A stretch of 64,000 nt of DNA, from the NCBI GenBank assembly GCA_964456825.1, contig CAYWCR010000011.1, positions 5,353 through 69,352 of the forward strand, written 5' to 3'. Origin of the DNA: an uncultured Bacteroidales bacterium (GTDB lineage Bacteria > Bacteroidota > Bacteroidia > Bacteroidales > UBA10428). Under the pieces are notes generated by a model. The model worked only from the letters and a program-made list of their open reading frames with translations, was not told where the DNA came from and did no database searches. Shown one piece after another: positions 28,801-39,900 of the stretch (position 1 is the first letter of the stretch; every line of letters begins with the position of its first letter). A program made the position numbers and the translations under genes.

Positions 28801-29685
28801 ATGGGAAAGATCCTTGAAAAGCTGAAAACAGCAAAAGTGCTTGTATCCGACGGAGCCTGGGGTACGCTACTGCACGCCAGGGGACTGAAACCCGGAGAAT
28901 GCCCTGAACAATGGAACCTCAGCCATCCCGCTGAGGTGACGGATATTGCATTACAATATATCAGCGCCGGAGCTGATATGATTGAGACCAATAGTTTTGG
29001 CGGAAGCCGTTTCAAGCTTTCGCATTATGGGCTGGAACATCAGGTTGCTGAGATCAACTGCCATGCAGCGGAATTATCCAGAAAGGCTGCCGGCACTGAC
29101 AAGATCGTTCTGGGTTCTGTAGGTCCTACCGGTAAGATCTTAATGACGGGTGAGGTTACCGAAGAAGCGCTGTATGAGGCTTTCAAAGAGCAGAGTATAG
29201 CCCTTGCCAAGGGCGGGGCTGATGCCATCATCGTAGAGACCATGAGCGATCTTGATGAAGCCCGGATTGCCATAAAGGCAGCCCGTGAGAATACTTCCTG
29301 TGAAGTCATCTGTACCATGACTTTTGAAAAAACCGTATCGGGCGAATACCGGACCATGATGGGGGTCTCACCTTCTGAAATGGTTCAGGCCATGAAAGAA
29401 GCCGGGACGGACATCATTGGCGCAAACTGCGGTAACGGTATTGAAGGAATGATCGTTATCGTGCAGGAAATCCGGTCATCAGACAAGCAGATCCCGGTAT
29501 TGATCCATGCAAACGCAGGTATGCCAGCATATGTAGATGGTAAAACAGTTTTTCCTGAATCCCCGGAACAAATGGCTGCATTCATACCTGCCCTTGTCGA
29601 TGCCGGAGCCAATATCATTGGAGGATGCTGCGGAACGACTCCCCGGCATATCCGGATGATATCAGAAACCTTAAAGATGCGTTAA
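28801..29685 (+). CDS. homocysteine S-methyltransferase-domain protein (MetH N-terminal module-like)
   Basis: 294 aa. LVSDGAWGT start, IETNSFG, and the zinc-ligand cysteines in GANCGNG and IIGGCCGTTPRHI, as in the Hcy-binding barrel of MetH/BHMT. Confidence 0.88.
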   Translation: MGKILEKLKTAKVLVSDGAWGTLLHARGLKPGECPEQWNLSHPAEVTDIALQYISAGADMIETNSFGGSRFKLSHYGLEHQVAEINCHAAELSRKAAGTDKIVLGSVGPTGKILMTGEVTEEALYEAFKEQSIALAKGGADAIIVETMSDLDEARIAIKAARENTSCEVICTMTFEKTVSGEYRTMMGVSPSEMVQAMKEAGTDIIGANCGNGIEGMIVIVQEIRSSDKQIPVLIHANAGMPAYVDGKTVFPESPEQMAAFIPALVDAGANIIGGCCGTTPRHIRMISETLKMR

Positions 29686-29692
29686 TCCGGAA

Positions 29693-30628
29693 ATGCAGGG
29701 AATACCTTTCTTTATGGTGACTGGTTTTCTGGGCAGCGGAAAAACCACCCTGCTCAGAAACCTGCTGAACCAATATGCCGGCTCTGTAAAGATTGGGATC
29801 ATACAAAATGAGTTTGCTCCTTCCGGCATTGACGGCATCGACCTTATGCAGTCGGGCCTGCCGTTTTCCCTGCTCGAGATCAACAACGGCTCGGTATTTT
29901 GCGTTTGCCTGCTGGGGGACTTTATAAAATCGCTCGCAGCCTTTGTTGACGAAAAAAAACCTGATCTGGTCGTGCTGGAATCTTCAGGGCTGTCAGACCC
30001 CATTGCCATCGCTCAATTGCTTCAGTCGCCCCTGCTGCGCGACAGGCTTTATCTGTCTTATATCTGGTGCGTAATAGACTGCTTCAATTTTCACCGGACA
30101 GCCCTGGCTGAAACACAAACTACACGTCAGATAAGGGTTGCTGATACCGTCATCCTGAACAAAACCGATCTGGGAACTGAAAACCTGGATATGATCAGGG
30201 AAAAAATAAGATCCTGGAATCCTCATGCTGAAATGCTAACCACCCGGTACTGTCATATTCCGCTTAACCTGGATAGCATTCCCTTTAAACCGGCCCCTGT
30301 TGCCATCAGAGATCATAATGATGCGGGAAAGTATGAAAGTTGCGGTCGTCCGGAAAATATCCGGACTGTGGTACTGAAGACCGGAAAAAGAATATCACCT
30401 GAAAATTTTAATCTCTTTCTGGCGACGGAATCCCTTTGCAACAGTTACCGGCTCAAGGGCTATGTCAGGCTTACCAATGACAAGACGTGGGCGGTGCAAA
30501 CTTCCTTCGGGAAGATCAGCAAGGCTGAAATCTCCGGTTACAACGGCATTACGGAAATGATCATAATGGGTTCTACAGTAAATGCAGGCGAAATTCACAG
30601 AAGGTTCAAAGCGCTTTCAGCTGAATGA
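29693..30628 (+). CDS. CobW/COG0523-family G3E GTPase (putative metallochaperone)
   Basis: Walker A GFLGSGKTTLL, ESSGLSDP, NKTDL (G4) and a C-terminal CobW_C-like domain. The metal motif reads FCVCL rather than the canonical GCxCC. Confidence 0.85.
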   Translation: MQGIPFFMVTGFLGSGKTTLLRNLLNQYAGSVKIGIIQNEFAPSGIDGIDLMQSGLPFSLLEINNGSVFCVCLLGDFIKSLAAFVDEKKPDLVVLESSGLSDPIAIAQLLQSPLLRDRLYLSYIWCVIDCFNFHRTALAETQTTRQIRVADTVILNKTDLGTENLDMIREKIRSWNPHAEMLTTRYCHIPLNLDSIPFKPAPVAIRDHNDAGKYESCGRPENIRTVVLKTGKRISPENFNLFLATESLCNSYRLKGYVRLTNDKTWAVQTSFGKISKAEISGYNGITEMIIMGSTVNAGEIHRRFKALSAE

Positions 30629-30685
30629 CCTGATTAATCCTTGATCTTTGTTTTCTTATCCTGGCGCTTGACTCCCGGCTCTGTC

Positions 30686-32077
30686 TTAAAGCGTGCATGC
30701 CTGCTCCAACTCATCAACAGCCTTGGGTATCGGGCTCCCCAGTATGCGATGGCCCGTGGCGGTCACCAGCACATTGTCCTCAATCCTGATCCCCCCAAAA
30801 TCCAGCCATGATTTCAATTCTTCGTACCGGATAAAATCGGTGAGTTTTCGTTCAGCTTCCCATTTTTCAATCAGGGGAGGAATGAAATAAATGCCGGGCT
30901 CAACGGTTAAAACAAATCCTGATTCAAGCCTGCGGGCCAGGCGCAGGTAAGCAAGGCCGAACTGATCACTGCGATTGAAATCAGCATCATATCCCACATA
31001 TTTTTCACCCAGGTCTTCCATATCATGTACATCAAGTCCCAGCATATGGCCGATCCCATGCGGGAAAAAGAGCGCATGGGCCCCGACAGATACAAGTTCA
31101 CCCACATTGCCCTTCAATAGGCCCAGTGTTTTCAAACCTTCGGCTATTATGGTTGCAGCATGCATATGAATATCCCGGTAAGGCGTCCCGGGTTTAATCC
31201 TGGAAATGGATTCCGTCTCTGCCTTTAAAACAAGGTTGTAAATATCCAGCTGACGGGATGTCAGTTTTCCTCCCACAGGTAGGGTACGGGTTATATCCGT
31301 AGCATAATGCATCCTGCTTTCAGCGCCGGCATCAACAATCAGCAGTTGGCCTTCCTTCATCTTGTTTACATGGGAGTGATTGTGCAGAATTTCACCGTTA
31401 ACCGAACAGATCACCGGATATGCCATGGCATATCCCTGTTGAAGAGCCATTCCTTCCATCATTCCCGAAATCTCATGTTCATAGATTCCAGGCTTAGCTA
31501 TCTTCATGGCGTTTAAATACATAGGTTTTGTGACGAGATTCATGGTCGACTCAATTTCATTGATCTCCTCATCATCCTTAACAGACCGCTGGGCCACAAT
31601 GGACCTGATCAGATCCTCCGAACAGGAATCCTCACCTTTGCTGAAGTCAATACCCAGGATATAGGCAAGCTGTGCTTTTCTCTCTTCCCTGTAGGGTGGC
31701 AGATAATGGATCTTTCTGTTTTTGGCCATTGCCTTGCAAAGGTCACCGGCCAGTTTTTCCATTGGCCTTACCAGGCTGATACCCGTCCTTTTTGCTTTTT
31801 CACTGAGCTTCTCCTGATAACCCATCCATATGATATCTTCTACACCCATGTCAATACCGTAAAGAATCTGCTCCCCCGACTGGGTGTCGAGGATGGCTGC
31901 AAGATCAGGCACGTCATGGCCAAAATAATATAAAAAATTGCTGTCCTGACGGAATGGATATGTGTTGGCAGCATAGTTCATAGACGATTCCTTATTGCCC
32001 AAGAATAGTATCAGTCCATTTCCAACCTGTTGAATCAGTTTCTTCCGGCGCTGAGCATATACTTCTGCAGAAAACAT
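30686..32077 (-). CDS. pepP: Xaa-Pro aminopeptidase (M24B, aminopeptidase P family)
   Basis: 463 aa. N-terminal AMP_N-like domain and a pita-bread fold with metal ligands in VDAGAE..YATDITRT, HGIGHMLGLDVHD, TVEPGIY and IRIEDNV. Confidence 0.88.
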   Translation of the reverse strand: MFSAEVYAQRRKKLIQQVGNGLILFLGNKESSMNYAANTYPFRQDSNFLYYFGHDVPDLAAILDTQSGEQILYGIDMGVEDIIWMGYQEKLSEKAKRTGISLVRPMEKLAGDLCKAMAKNRKIHYLPPYREERKAQLAYILGIDFSKGEDSCSEDLIRSIVAQRSVKDDEEINEIESTMNLVTKPMYLNAMKIAKPGIYEHEISGMMEGMALQQGYAMAYPVICSVNGEILHNHSHVNKMKEGQLLIVDAGAESRMHYATDITRTLPVGGKLTSRQLDIYNLVLKAETESISRIKPGTPYRDIHMHAATIIAEGLKTLGLLKGNVGELVSVGAHALFFPHGIGHMLGLDVHDMEDLGEKYVGYDADFNRSDQFGLAYLRLARRLESGFVLTVEPGIYFIPPLIEKWEAERKLTDFIRYEELKSWLDFGGIRIEDNVLVTATGHRILGSPIPKAVDELEQACTL

Positions 32078-32239
32078 AATACTGGGTATTAATGGTTATT
32101 CCATTCTAAAATTATAATCATTTCAGAACCTATACCAGGAATTTTGTCAATATTTCCCGTTATGGGCAAAATCGGGTACGAATACCTTGCCTTCTGATTT
32201 GTTTTTCGTACCTTCGTATGCAAACTGTTTACACGCAAA

Positions 32240-32974
32240 ATGCCTTACCGTAGGTTACCCAATACAGATGTTGCCCGACTTCGGGCGCTCAGGATTGCAT
32301 ACGAAAAAGGAAAAGAATTACCCCCCTTCAGCCTTGCTTTTACACAGATTACCCTGCAGAAATTACAGTCCTTTATGCCATCATTTGAAAAGGCGATCAT
32401 GGAGACAAGGCTGGCTTACAATTTTCAGGTTGACAAAAGCAAAGATTTCGGCAAGATATTGCACAAGTCCAAGTTATATGTTTCACATTTTATTCAGATA
32501 GTCAATATGGCGATTGCCCGGGGCGACCTGCCGGCTTCTGAAAGGAATTTCTTCGGGTTTCCCAGTGATCAGAAGAAAGTGCCCCTTTTCAATTCCGAGG
32601 CCGAGCTTATCAGTTGGGGCGAGAAGCTGATTTCCGGTGAAAACACGCGGATATCCAAGGGGCATTCCCCCATAACCAATCCAACCATCGCTGTGGTGAA
32701 AGTCTGGTATGAGAAATTTATCGATGCTTATAAATACCAGAAAATCCTTCAGAAAAACTTTGCCAGATCCCAGGAAAAACTTACTGAATACAGGAAACAG
32801 GCTGACGAAATTATTCTTGCCATATGGAACGAAGTGGAACATTTCTATTCCTCGCTGACGGAAGATAAAAAAAGGGAAAACGCAAAGATTTACGGACTGG
32901 TGTATGTATTACGCAAAGCAGAGAAGAGAAAACTGGAAGCCCAGGCTGCCTTAACTGCCGGAGATACGATGTGA
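32240..32974 (+). CDS. hypothetical protein
   Basis: 244-aa soluble, helical-looking protein with no motif recognised. Its 3' end overlaps the convergent CPBP gene by 24 nt. Confidence 0.55.
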   Translation: MPYRRLPNTDVARLRALRIAYEKGKELPPFSLAFTQITLQKLQSFMPSFEKAIMETRLAYNFQVDKSKDFGKILHKSKLYVSHFIQIVNMAIARGDLPASERNFFGFPSDQKKVPLFNSEAELISWGEKLISGENTRISKGHSPITNPTIAVVKVWYEKFIDAYKYQKILQKNFARSQEKLTEYRKQADEIILAIWNEVEHFYSSLTEDKKRENAKIYGLVYVLRKAEKRKLEAQAALTAGDTM

Positions 32975-33892
32975 TCTTTCATGGTAAAACAAAGCAGCCA
33001 ACAGCAGCATCCCTCCCCCGAGGCTTAACCAAAAAGGCAAATCAGCATGGGTTCCCAGTTCGTCAAGTTCTGATGAGCCATTACCGGGAGGCCTGAAAAA
33101 ATAATACCCGACGATGATCCCGTTATTGATAAAGTGAGCCAGCATGGGGATCCAAATGGATGCCGTCCAGACAAACAAATATCCAAACAGCATTCCCAGC
33201 AGAAAACGAGGCAGGAACCCGTAAAATTCGAAATGAAAAAAACTGAACAGCAGCGATGTAATGATAATACCCCAGTGAACATTCCGGGTCCAGTCTGAAA
33301 ATAACCGCTGAAATACTCCCCTGAACATCAATTCCTCACCTATTGCCGGTAAGATTGCCATCATGGCCAGATTAGCCAAAAAATCCGCAATTGACCTGGT
33401 GTCTAAAAAAAGGTTGGTTAATTCACTGTACTTATCCCGTAAAGTAATGATCTCCTTTTCGAGAACCTCCCATGAATCAGGCAGGTTAAGTCGTGCATTC
33501 AGGCTGGCTGTGAAGTTGATCACCGGAATCCAGACGATCATCATCAAGATAACAAGGATGATGCCGGGCCAGGAAGGCATTACATCCATTTTTAAATAGG
33601 AAATACTCCCGGTGCCAAGGAAAAATGATGCAATGAAGGCCGGGACAATGAACATGCCTATGGATAATATAACCTGCTGTATTTTCAGCAGGGCAACATG
33701 GGAGGAATCAGGATTATCCATAATGGATGATATTTCCTGTAAATTAAGCCCGTATGAGATCATGATTAGAGCCAATCCTAAGAAACTGGTAAGAAGAAAG
33801 AATAAAAGAACCAGCAGGAGCACAAAGAGCAACCTGTATAAGGGAGAGGAATTCAACAAATAATTTCTGTAGTTTGAATAATAACTGCTCAT
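32951..33892 (-). CDS. CPBP-family intramembrane glutamic endopeptidase (CAAX protease-like)
   Basis: Polytopic membrane protein with the diagnostic motifs EELMFRG, FSFFHFE and HFINN. Confidence 0.82.
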   Translation of the reverse strand: MSSYYSNYRNYLLNSSPLYRLLFVLLLVLLFFLLTSFLGLALIMISYGLNLQEISSIMDNPDSSHVALLKIQQVILSIGMFIVPAFIASFFLGTGSISYLKMDVMPSWPGIILVILMMIVWIPVINFTASLNARLNLPDSWEVLEKEIITLRDKYSELTNLFLDTRSIADFLANLAMMAILPAIGEELMFRGVFQRLFSDWTRNVHWGIIITSLLFSFFHFEFYGFLPRFLLGMLFGYLFVWTASIWIPMLAHFINNGIIVGYYFFRPPGNGSSELDELGTHADLPFWLSLGGGMLLLAALFYHERSHRISGS

Positions 33893-34017
33893 CAGGAATA
33901 TGATTTACCATGGCCCCTTGCTAACGTATGATGCGGCCTTGGTCATGGGATCAAAAATAGCTTATTTTAAGCATTCGCCCAAGTCATAATCCGGATTGCC
34001 ATTTCAGGGGATATTTT

Positions 34018-35025
34018 TTGTATTTTTGCTTCCCTAAAAAAGCAATCCTGGTTACGATAGGCCACATAACACTGCGGGATAAGCCCCTTTTTCTTGCTCC
34101 CATGGAGGATGTTACGGACCCAAGCTTCCGTTATATCTGCAAGCAATTCGGTGCCGATGTCATGTATACCGAATTTATTCCTTCCGAGGGGCTGATCCGT
34201 GATGCCAAAAAAAGCATAAAGAAACTCGAACTTTATGACGTTGAGCGCCCTATCGGCATTCAATTATACGGCCACCAGTTAGACAGCATGGTGGAGGCTG
34301 CAAAGATTGCCGAAGCGGCAGGTCCTGATCTGATCGATCTGAATTTCGGATGCCCGGTCAGGAAGATTGCTGTCCGCGGCGCCGGAGCAGGTATGCTGTG
34401 CAATGTCCCGCTGATGATCGAGTTGACCAGTGCCATAGTAAAGTCCGTTAAGTTGCCGGTTACCGTTAAAACCCGGCTGGGATGGGATGAAAACAGCAGG
34501 AATATTGTGGATATCGCTGAACAGCTTCAGGATACAGGCATTAAAGCCATCACCATTCATGGCCGGACAAGGGCACAATTGTATAAGGGATCGGCAGACT
34601 GGGCATTGATCGGAGAGGTCAAAAAAAATCCCCGGATGAAAATTCCGGTGATCGGAAATGGCGATATTATCTCGCCTCAGGGTGCCAGAATGGCCTTTGA
34701 GCGTTATGGCGTGGATGGAATTATGATCGGACGGGGAACCGTCGGGCGTCCATGGATATTCAGCGATATCAGGCATTTTCTTGAAACCGGTGAACTGTTG
34801 CCCGATCTTTCCATTGCCGAGAAAGTATCCCTTGCCAAAACCCAGCTTGTCAAATCCATCGAATGGAAAGGAATACCGGTTGGCATATATGAAATGCGAC
34901 GACATCTCAGCAACTATTTCAAAGGATTACGCGATTTTAAGGAAATACGGCTCAGGCTGGTTACCAGTCTTGACCTTGCAGAGATTAATGCAATACTGGA
35001 TAGTATTATTGATAAATACCATTAA
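34018..35025 (+). CDS. dusB: tRNA-dihydrouridine synthase B
   Basis: LAPMEDVTDPSFR, DLNFGCP (catalytic Cys), VTVKTRLGWD, ITIHGRTR and GNGDI motifs. The start (TTG at 34018) is uncertain. Confidence 0.88.
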   Translation: MYFCFPKKAILVTIGHITLRDKPLFLAPMEDVTDPSFRYICKQFGADVMYTEFIPSEGLIRDAKKSIKKLELYDVERPIGIQLYGHQLDSMVEAAKIAEAAGPDLIDLNFGCPVRKIAVRGAGAGMLCNVPLMIELTSAIVKSVKLPVTVKTRLGWDENSRNIVDIAEQLQDTGIKAITIHGRTRAQLYKGSADWALIGEVKKNPRMKIPVIGNGDIISPQGARMAFERYGVDGIMIGRGTVGRPWIFSDIRHFLETGELLPDLSIAEKVSLAKTQLVKSIEWKGIPVGIYEMRRHLSNYFKGLRDFKEIRLRLVTSLDLAEINAILDSIIDKYH

Positions 35026-35048
35026 TTTTGCCCAAAATCCTGTCCGTG

Positions 35049-36185
35049 ATGTTTAAAGAAGATGACTTTGAAGATATCCGCCCGTACCACGACCACGAAA
35101 TCAATCCTGCCCTTAAGCGTATCATCTCCGAACCCCTTTTTGATAAAATCCTGGATTTCCTGTTCCAGGGACAGGACAAGGTGCTGATCCGTAAAATGCT
35201 TTCAGAGACCCATACGGCTCATGATTTTCAGGTGCACTTCATGCACCCCCTGGTATCTTCTATCGTTAAAAAAACATCAGCAGGCTTGACATACGATGGA
35301 TTTAACCAGCTTATTCCCGGCAAGCCTTATCTTTTCGTAGCCAATCACCGGGATATTGTTCTTGATTCCGCCATGTTGCAGGTCCTGCTGCTCGATAACG
35401 GCCATCTGACCTCTGAAATCACTTTTGGCAGTAATCTCATGATCAACCCTTTCATCATCGACCTGGGAAAGGTAAACCGGATGTTCAAGGTAATCCGTGG
35501 CGGTAACAAAATAGAACTGCTGAAGAATGCTAAACGCCTTTCCGCCTACATACGGTATACCATTACGCAAAAAAAGGTTTCTGCATGGATCGCCCAGCGT
35601 TCAGGCCGGACAAAAGACGGGAATGACAGAACGGAACCCGGCTTGCTGAAAATGTTCAATATGAGTGCCGGCGGAGATTTCCATCAGGCTTTCGCAGAAC
35701 TTAATATTGTTCCGCTGGTGGTTTCCTATGAATACGAACCCTGCAGCGCTTTCAAAATAAAAGAATTGATAGCCTTACTGAACGGCCCTTACCAGAAAAA
35801 ACCGGATGAAGACCTGTTGAGCATTATCACCGGAATTACCCAGCCCAAAGGCAGGATTCATATGTCTGTTGGAAAACCGGTCAACCACTTGCTGAAAGAA
35901 CTGGATCCGGATGACACATTGAACAATAAGATAAACAGGCTTACGGAATTGATCGATGCGGAAGTATACAGGCATTATAAACTCTGGCCTTCCAATTATA
36001 TAGCCTGTGATATGTTATCAAATTCCGTTGCATACAGGGATCATTATACTGACCATGAGAAAAAACTGTTCCTGCAAACTATGGAAAATGATATCAGAGG
36101 ACTTGCAGGGGAAAAAGAAATGAAGGAAGAATTTTTCCTGAAGATATATGCAAATCCTCTGATTAACCTGAATCGTTTAAAATAA
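35049..36185 (+). CDS. PlsC-family (glycerolipid) acyltransferase
   Basis: HX4D motif in ANHRDIVLDS and a downstream AQRSGRTKDG block. About 378 aa from the ATG at 35049. Confidence 0.72.
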   Translation: MFKEDDFEDIRPYHDHEINPALKRIISEPLFDKILDFLFQGQDKVLIRKMLSETHTAHDFQVHFMHPLVSSIVKKTSAGLTYDGFNQLIPGKPYLFVANHRDIVLDSAMLQVLLLDNGHLTSEITFGSNLMINPFIIDLGKVNRMFKVIRGGNKIELLKNAKRLSAYIRYTITQKKVSAWIAQRSGRTKDGNDRTEPGLLKMFNMSAGGDFHQAFAELNIVPLVVSYEYEPCSAFKIKELIALLNGPYQKKPDEDLLSIITGITQPKGRIHMSVGKPVNHLLKELDPDDTLNNKINRLTELIDAEVYRHYKLWPSNYIACDMLSNSVAYRDHYTDHEKKLFLQTMENDIRGLAGEKEMKEEFFLKIYANPLINLNRLK

Positions 36186-36228
36186 CAACCTGTTGGCCGT
36201 TATTTCACATGGCTGCCAGACAACTTAA

Positions 36229-36834
36229 TCAGCGTTGTTTAATTATCAATCCGGCCAGGGTTTTGCCCAGCTTGGCATAGGCTTCTTCAATCCTGTAACC
36301 GGTGTCGAAATCATATCCGAAAACATCACGCCCCGGACATGCATAGACTGAAACAACAGCCTCTTCCTGGCCTGTTGAAATGTTCCTGAAAGTGACAATT
36401 ACATCAATATAGGCATTCTTTCTCGTTACCCCAATGTTAAATCCCGGTTCGGTAAAGGTTGTATGGACATTCATTTCAAACTGGGCATCGGTCACGGTTC
36501 TGTTGCCAACCAATCCGGTTTTTTCTGAATACTCATTTAAGAGGGTTTCAAATTTGGGTTCATAGCGGGTAGCCCTGTCAGTTTTCCAGGATTCAGCCCA
36601 CTTGTCACCTTTTCCAGCCTCTGATTTATTATAATCGGCTGTCTTTTTTGCAATGTAGTCTTCTTCTTTTTCAAATTTTCCAACACCCATGTTGCTGTAA
36701 TCAAATGTAACCAGCAAGGATTTCTGGTCTTTAAGAAAGTCCAGCGATCCTTTTTCAATTTTGATTTTTTGTGCATTAAGGCACACTCCTGAAATAAGTG
36801 CCTGAATCACCAGAAGGAAAAGGATTTTTTTCAT
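36229..36834 (-). CDS. secreted hypothetical protein
   Basis: The ATG at 36834 gives the signal peptide MKKILFLLVIQALISGVCLNAQ. No catalytic motif. Sits at the border of the pigment cluster. Confidence 0.6.
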   Translation of the reverse strand: MKKILFLLVIQALISGVCLNAQKIKIEKGSLDFLKDQKSLLVTFDYSNMGVGKFEKEEDYIAKKTADYNKSEAGKGDKWAESWKTDRATRYEPKFETLLNEYSEKTGLVGNRTVTDAQFEMNVHTTFTEPGFNIGVTRKNAYIDVIVTFRNISTGQEEAVVSVYACPGRDVFGYDFDTGYRIEEAYAKLGKTLAGLIIKQR

Positions 36835-36972
36835 AATTTTTAATATTAAGTGATCAATAATCTTCAAAAAATGTAAACAAACAACAGCATCATTCTGTTT
36901 CACATCAAGACGATAAGACCTATCTAAAGTACTGAATTCTGCGGAATATTCAAATACAAATTTGTAGCACTA

Positions 36973-39900
36973 TCAGGCTCCCGCATCAATGCTTATCCGC
37001 TGAGATGCTTTTTTCAAAATATAATACTTGTTGGATGTAAGCCTCGCATTATCGATTACTTCCACATTCATGCCATGCCGGGATGCAAAATCGGTTATTT
37101 TCTTTCCTGAGAAAAAATATAGTCTTTTGTTTACCGCCTTGTTATACCCGAAATGCGTCGAGAAATACTCCGTATAACGGGTCCCCCAATGTCTTTGCTG
37201 CAGGTCCTTGTCGGCATCCCGGATAATGATACTCCCGCCCGGATTCAGATGGATTATGCATTGATTCAGCAATTGATCCTGCTTCGCTTCCGGCATATAA
37301 TGCAATACGTCACTCAGCAGGAAAACATCCGCATCCGGATAATTATACGCCAATGCATCGGCTGCCACAAAGCTGACCCTGTCATTGTTGGAAATGCAGT
37401 TGCTGGCCAGTTCAATTTTATCGCTGTCATAATCGAGGCCCAGAATATTTCTCTTTTCCGATGTAAAACATAGCATGTAAGACATCATCCCGTATCCGCA
37501 TCCGATATCCACAATTTTCGCATCGCGTGGAACACAACTGTTAACCAGGGCATAATTCTTTTCCAGGGATAATTTGATCCTGGTATACCATTCCAGCACC
37601 GGTCCCTTGTAAATATAGTTCCGGATAAGCTTTTTCCTGAAGTATGATGGCGTTTCCAGTTCGGTTTTCATCCGCCCGTATTCGCTTCTGCAAAAACGGA
37701 GAAGGGTCTTGGTCCGCTCGTGATAATCTTTTCCATAGTCTGCATCCCCGGCTTTGATGCGGGAGAAAATCTTAACCGTAATCCGTCCTCCTTTTAAATG
37801 ATTCTCTCCCTTGTTCATGCAATCTCCTGCACCGTGTATGAGAATGGGGACAATATCAAGATTAAGCTTTTCGGCCAGCAGGAATGCCCCTTTGTGAAAA
37901 CGCCTGATGTATGAATCAGGGGAACGGGTTCCTTCCGGAAAGACCAGAATAGAATAGCCTTCCTCAACTTTTTTCTTCAGCTTTTCAACCAGGCCCTCAT
38001 AGCCTCCGGTAACTGGATAAAAGTCAAGGTAGCGGATGACAAGGGCATAAACCGGATTATTCCACACCCAGGTGGTGGTGAGGACGATGATCTTCGGACT
38101 GAGCATTAACAGCAGGGGCAGATCGAGATGTGACTGGTGATTGGAAATGATCACCGAGGGGCTGGCAAAATCTTCCTTATTCTCGTTGACGATAGTTTTA
38201 TTAATGTTTATCATGCCGTATACCGGTACTTTCAGACACCACATCATGGCGTACCGCAGCATTTTTTTCTTGGTAACGGAGGACAATGGTAATGGAAAAA
38301 TAAGGATAAGCAAAATGTTCATGAAAATACTCAGGACAATACTAATGCATAGGGTAACCACGGTGAGCAAAACATCGGACAGGGTTACCGGCAAGGCACG
38401 GCTTTTACCATTTTTGCTCACCAGCCAGTGAAACAGTACGGGTTCGAAAGTATAGGAAATGAGCACCACCGAAAGCAATCCGACAACGGATATGAGGGCA
38501 ATGGAATGCAGGGAGGGATGCCTGGCCAGGATCAGCACTCCCGTGCCTGATATGGATATCATCACAGAAATCAGGATGCAGGTTTTATACGAGAGAAGGT
38601 TTTTATTGTCGCTTTTATAACCCTGAACAAGCCCCTGCATGATGTATATGCTGTAGTCGATGCCTAGTCCTGTAATAAACGAGGATATAATAATATTGAA
38701 AATATTGAATTTAATTCCGGTTATGCCCATGAATCCTAATGTCCATATCCAACTGAGGAAGATAGGGACAAACGTGATAAAGCCCAGTTCAAACCGGCCA
38801 AATGCCAGGATCAGGATCACCAGGATAAGCGACAGACTAACATTGGCAATAAAATTAAAATCACTGCCCAGTGTGCTGACCATGCCCGAAAGCATGGATT
38901 TTCTGTCCATTACGACAATCCCATCCATGTCCTTTAAGACATCTGTAACCGGTTCTTTGTTTAAATCATCTACTTTTATGACGGAAACAATCGTCGACAG
39001 CTGAGAAGAAGTGCTGATATTGTCAGCATAGAAATAGGACTGTAATCGTTGAAAATCAGCAGAATCTAAAATGGTATAGGGTTTATGGACAAGATGGTAG
39101 AATTCACCAAAGGAAGCTGTTTTAAAACCGGTTTGGACAGCCGCCTGATCAAAGTTTTCCATAAAGCTTTTCTTCCTGTCTTCTGTCCACCAGGCGTTCC
39201 AACGGTTGATTCTTTGCCGCTGAAGGGAATCAGAATACAACAAGGCTCCCGGAGAACTGAAACTGCTGACTTTTTTCTGCTGCAGGAAAACATTTCCTTC
39301 TTCCACCAGTTTTTCGTTATGCAGGAGAGCCTGTTGAAGGTTTTCGCCATGAGCAACAACGTAGACTGAATTGAGTTTATAGTTGTTTATTTTGTTAAGT
39401 TTCTCCTCGGTCTTTGATAATTCTCGGGAAATGTAATTCATCTTCATCATATCGCTTTCGAAGCCGACCCTGTTGACAAAGACGGAGCAAACTACGGTTA
39501 CCATGATCATGAATAGCAAGAGCAGTTTGTTTTTATGAAAGTCATAATGGGTAATTTTGTCCAATACGCGCTCCAGGTAATTCTTTTCTTCGGTTTCATC
39601 TTCTTTTCCCCTGGTCATATCAAGAATATGAGGCATCACGACCATGGTAAAAAAGGAGGCTGTAATCACGCTTATGGCTGCCAGGATACCCAGTTCATGC
39701 AGTGATTCTGAGGATACAAATACCAGGCTGATGAATTCGAAAGCTGTTGCAAAACCGCAGACAATAATAGGGAAAGAGACATCCTTTATGGTGTCAACAA
39801 TGGAATGTTTGTGTTTGTAGTGCGTGGTTATATGGAGCGCATAATCAACCGTTATGGCAAGGATCACGGTACCGATGCTGAGGGATATCACGGATATCTT

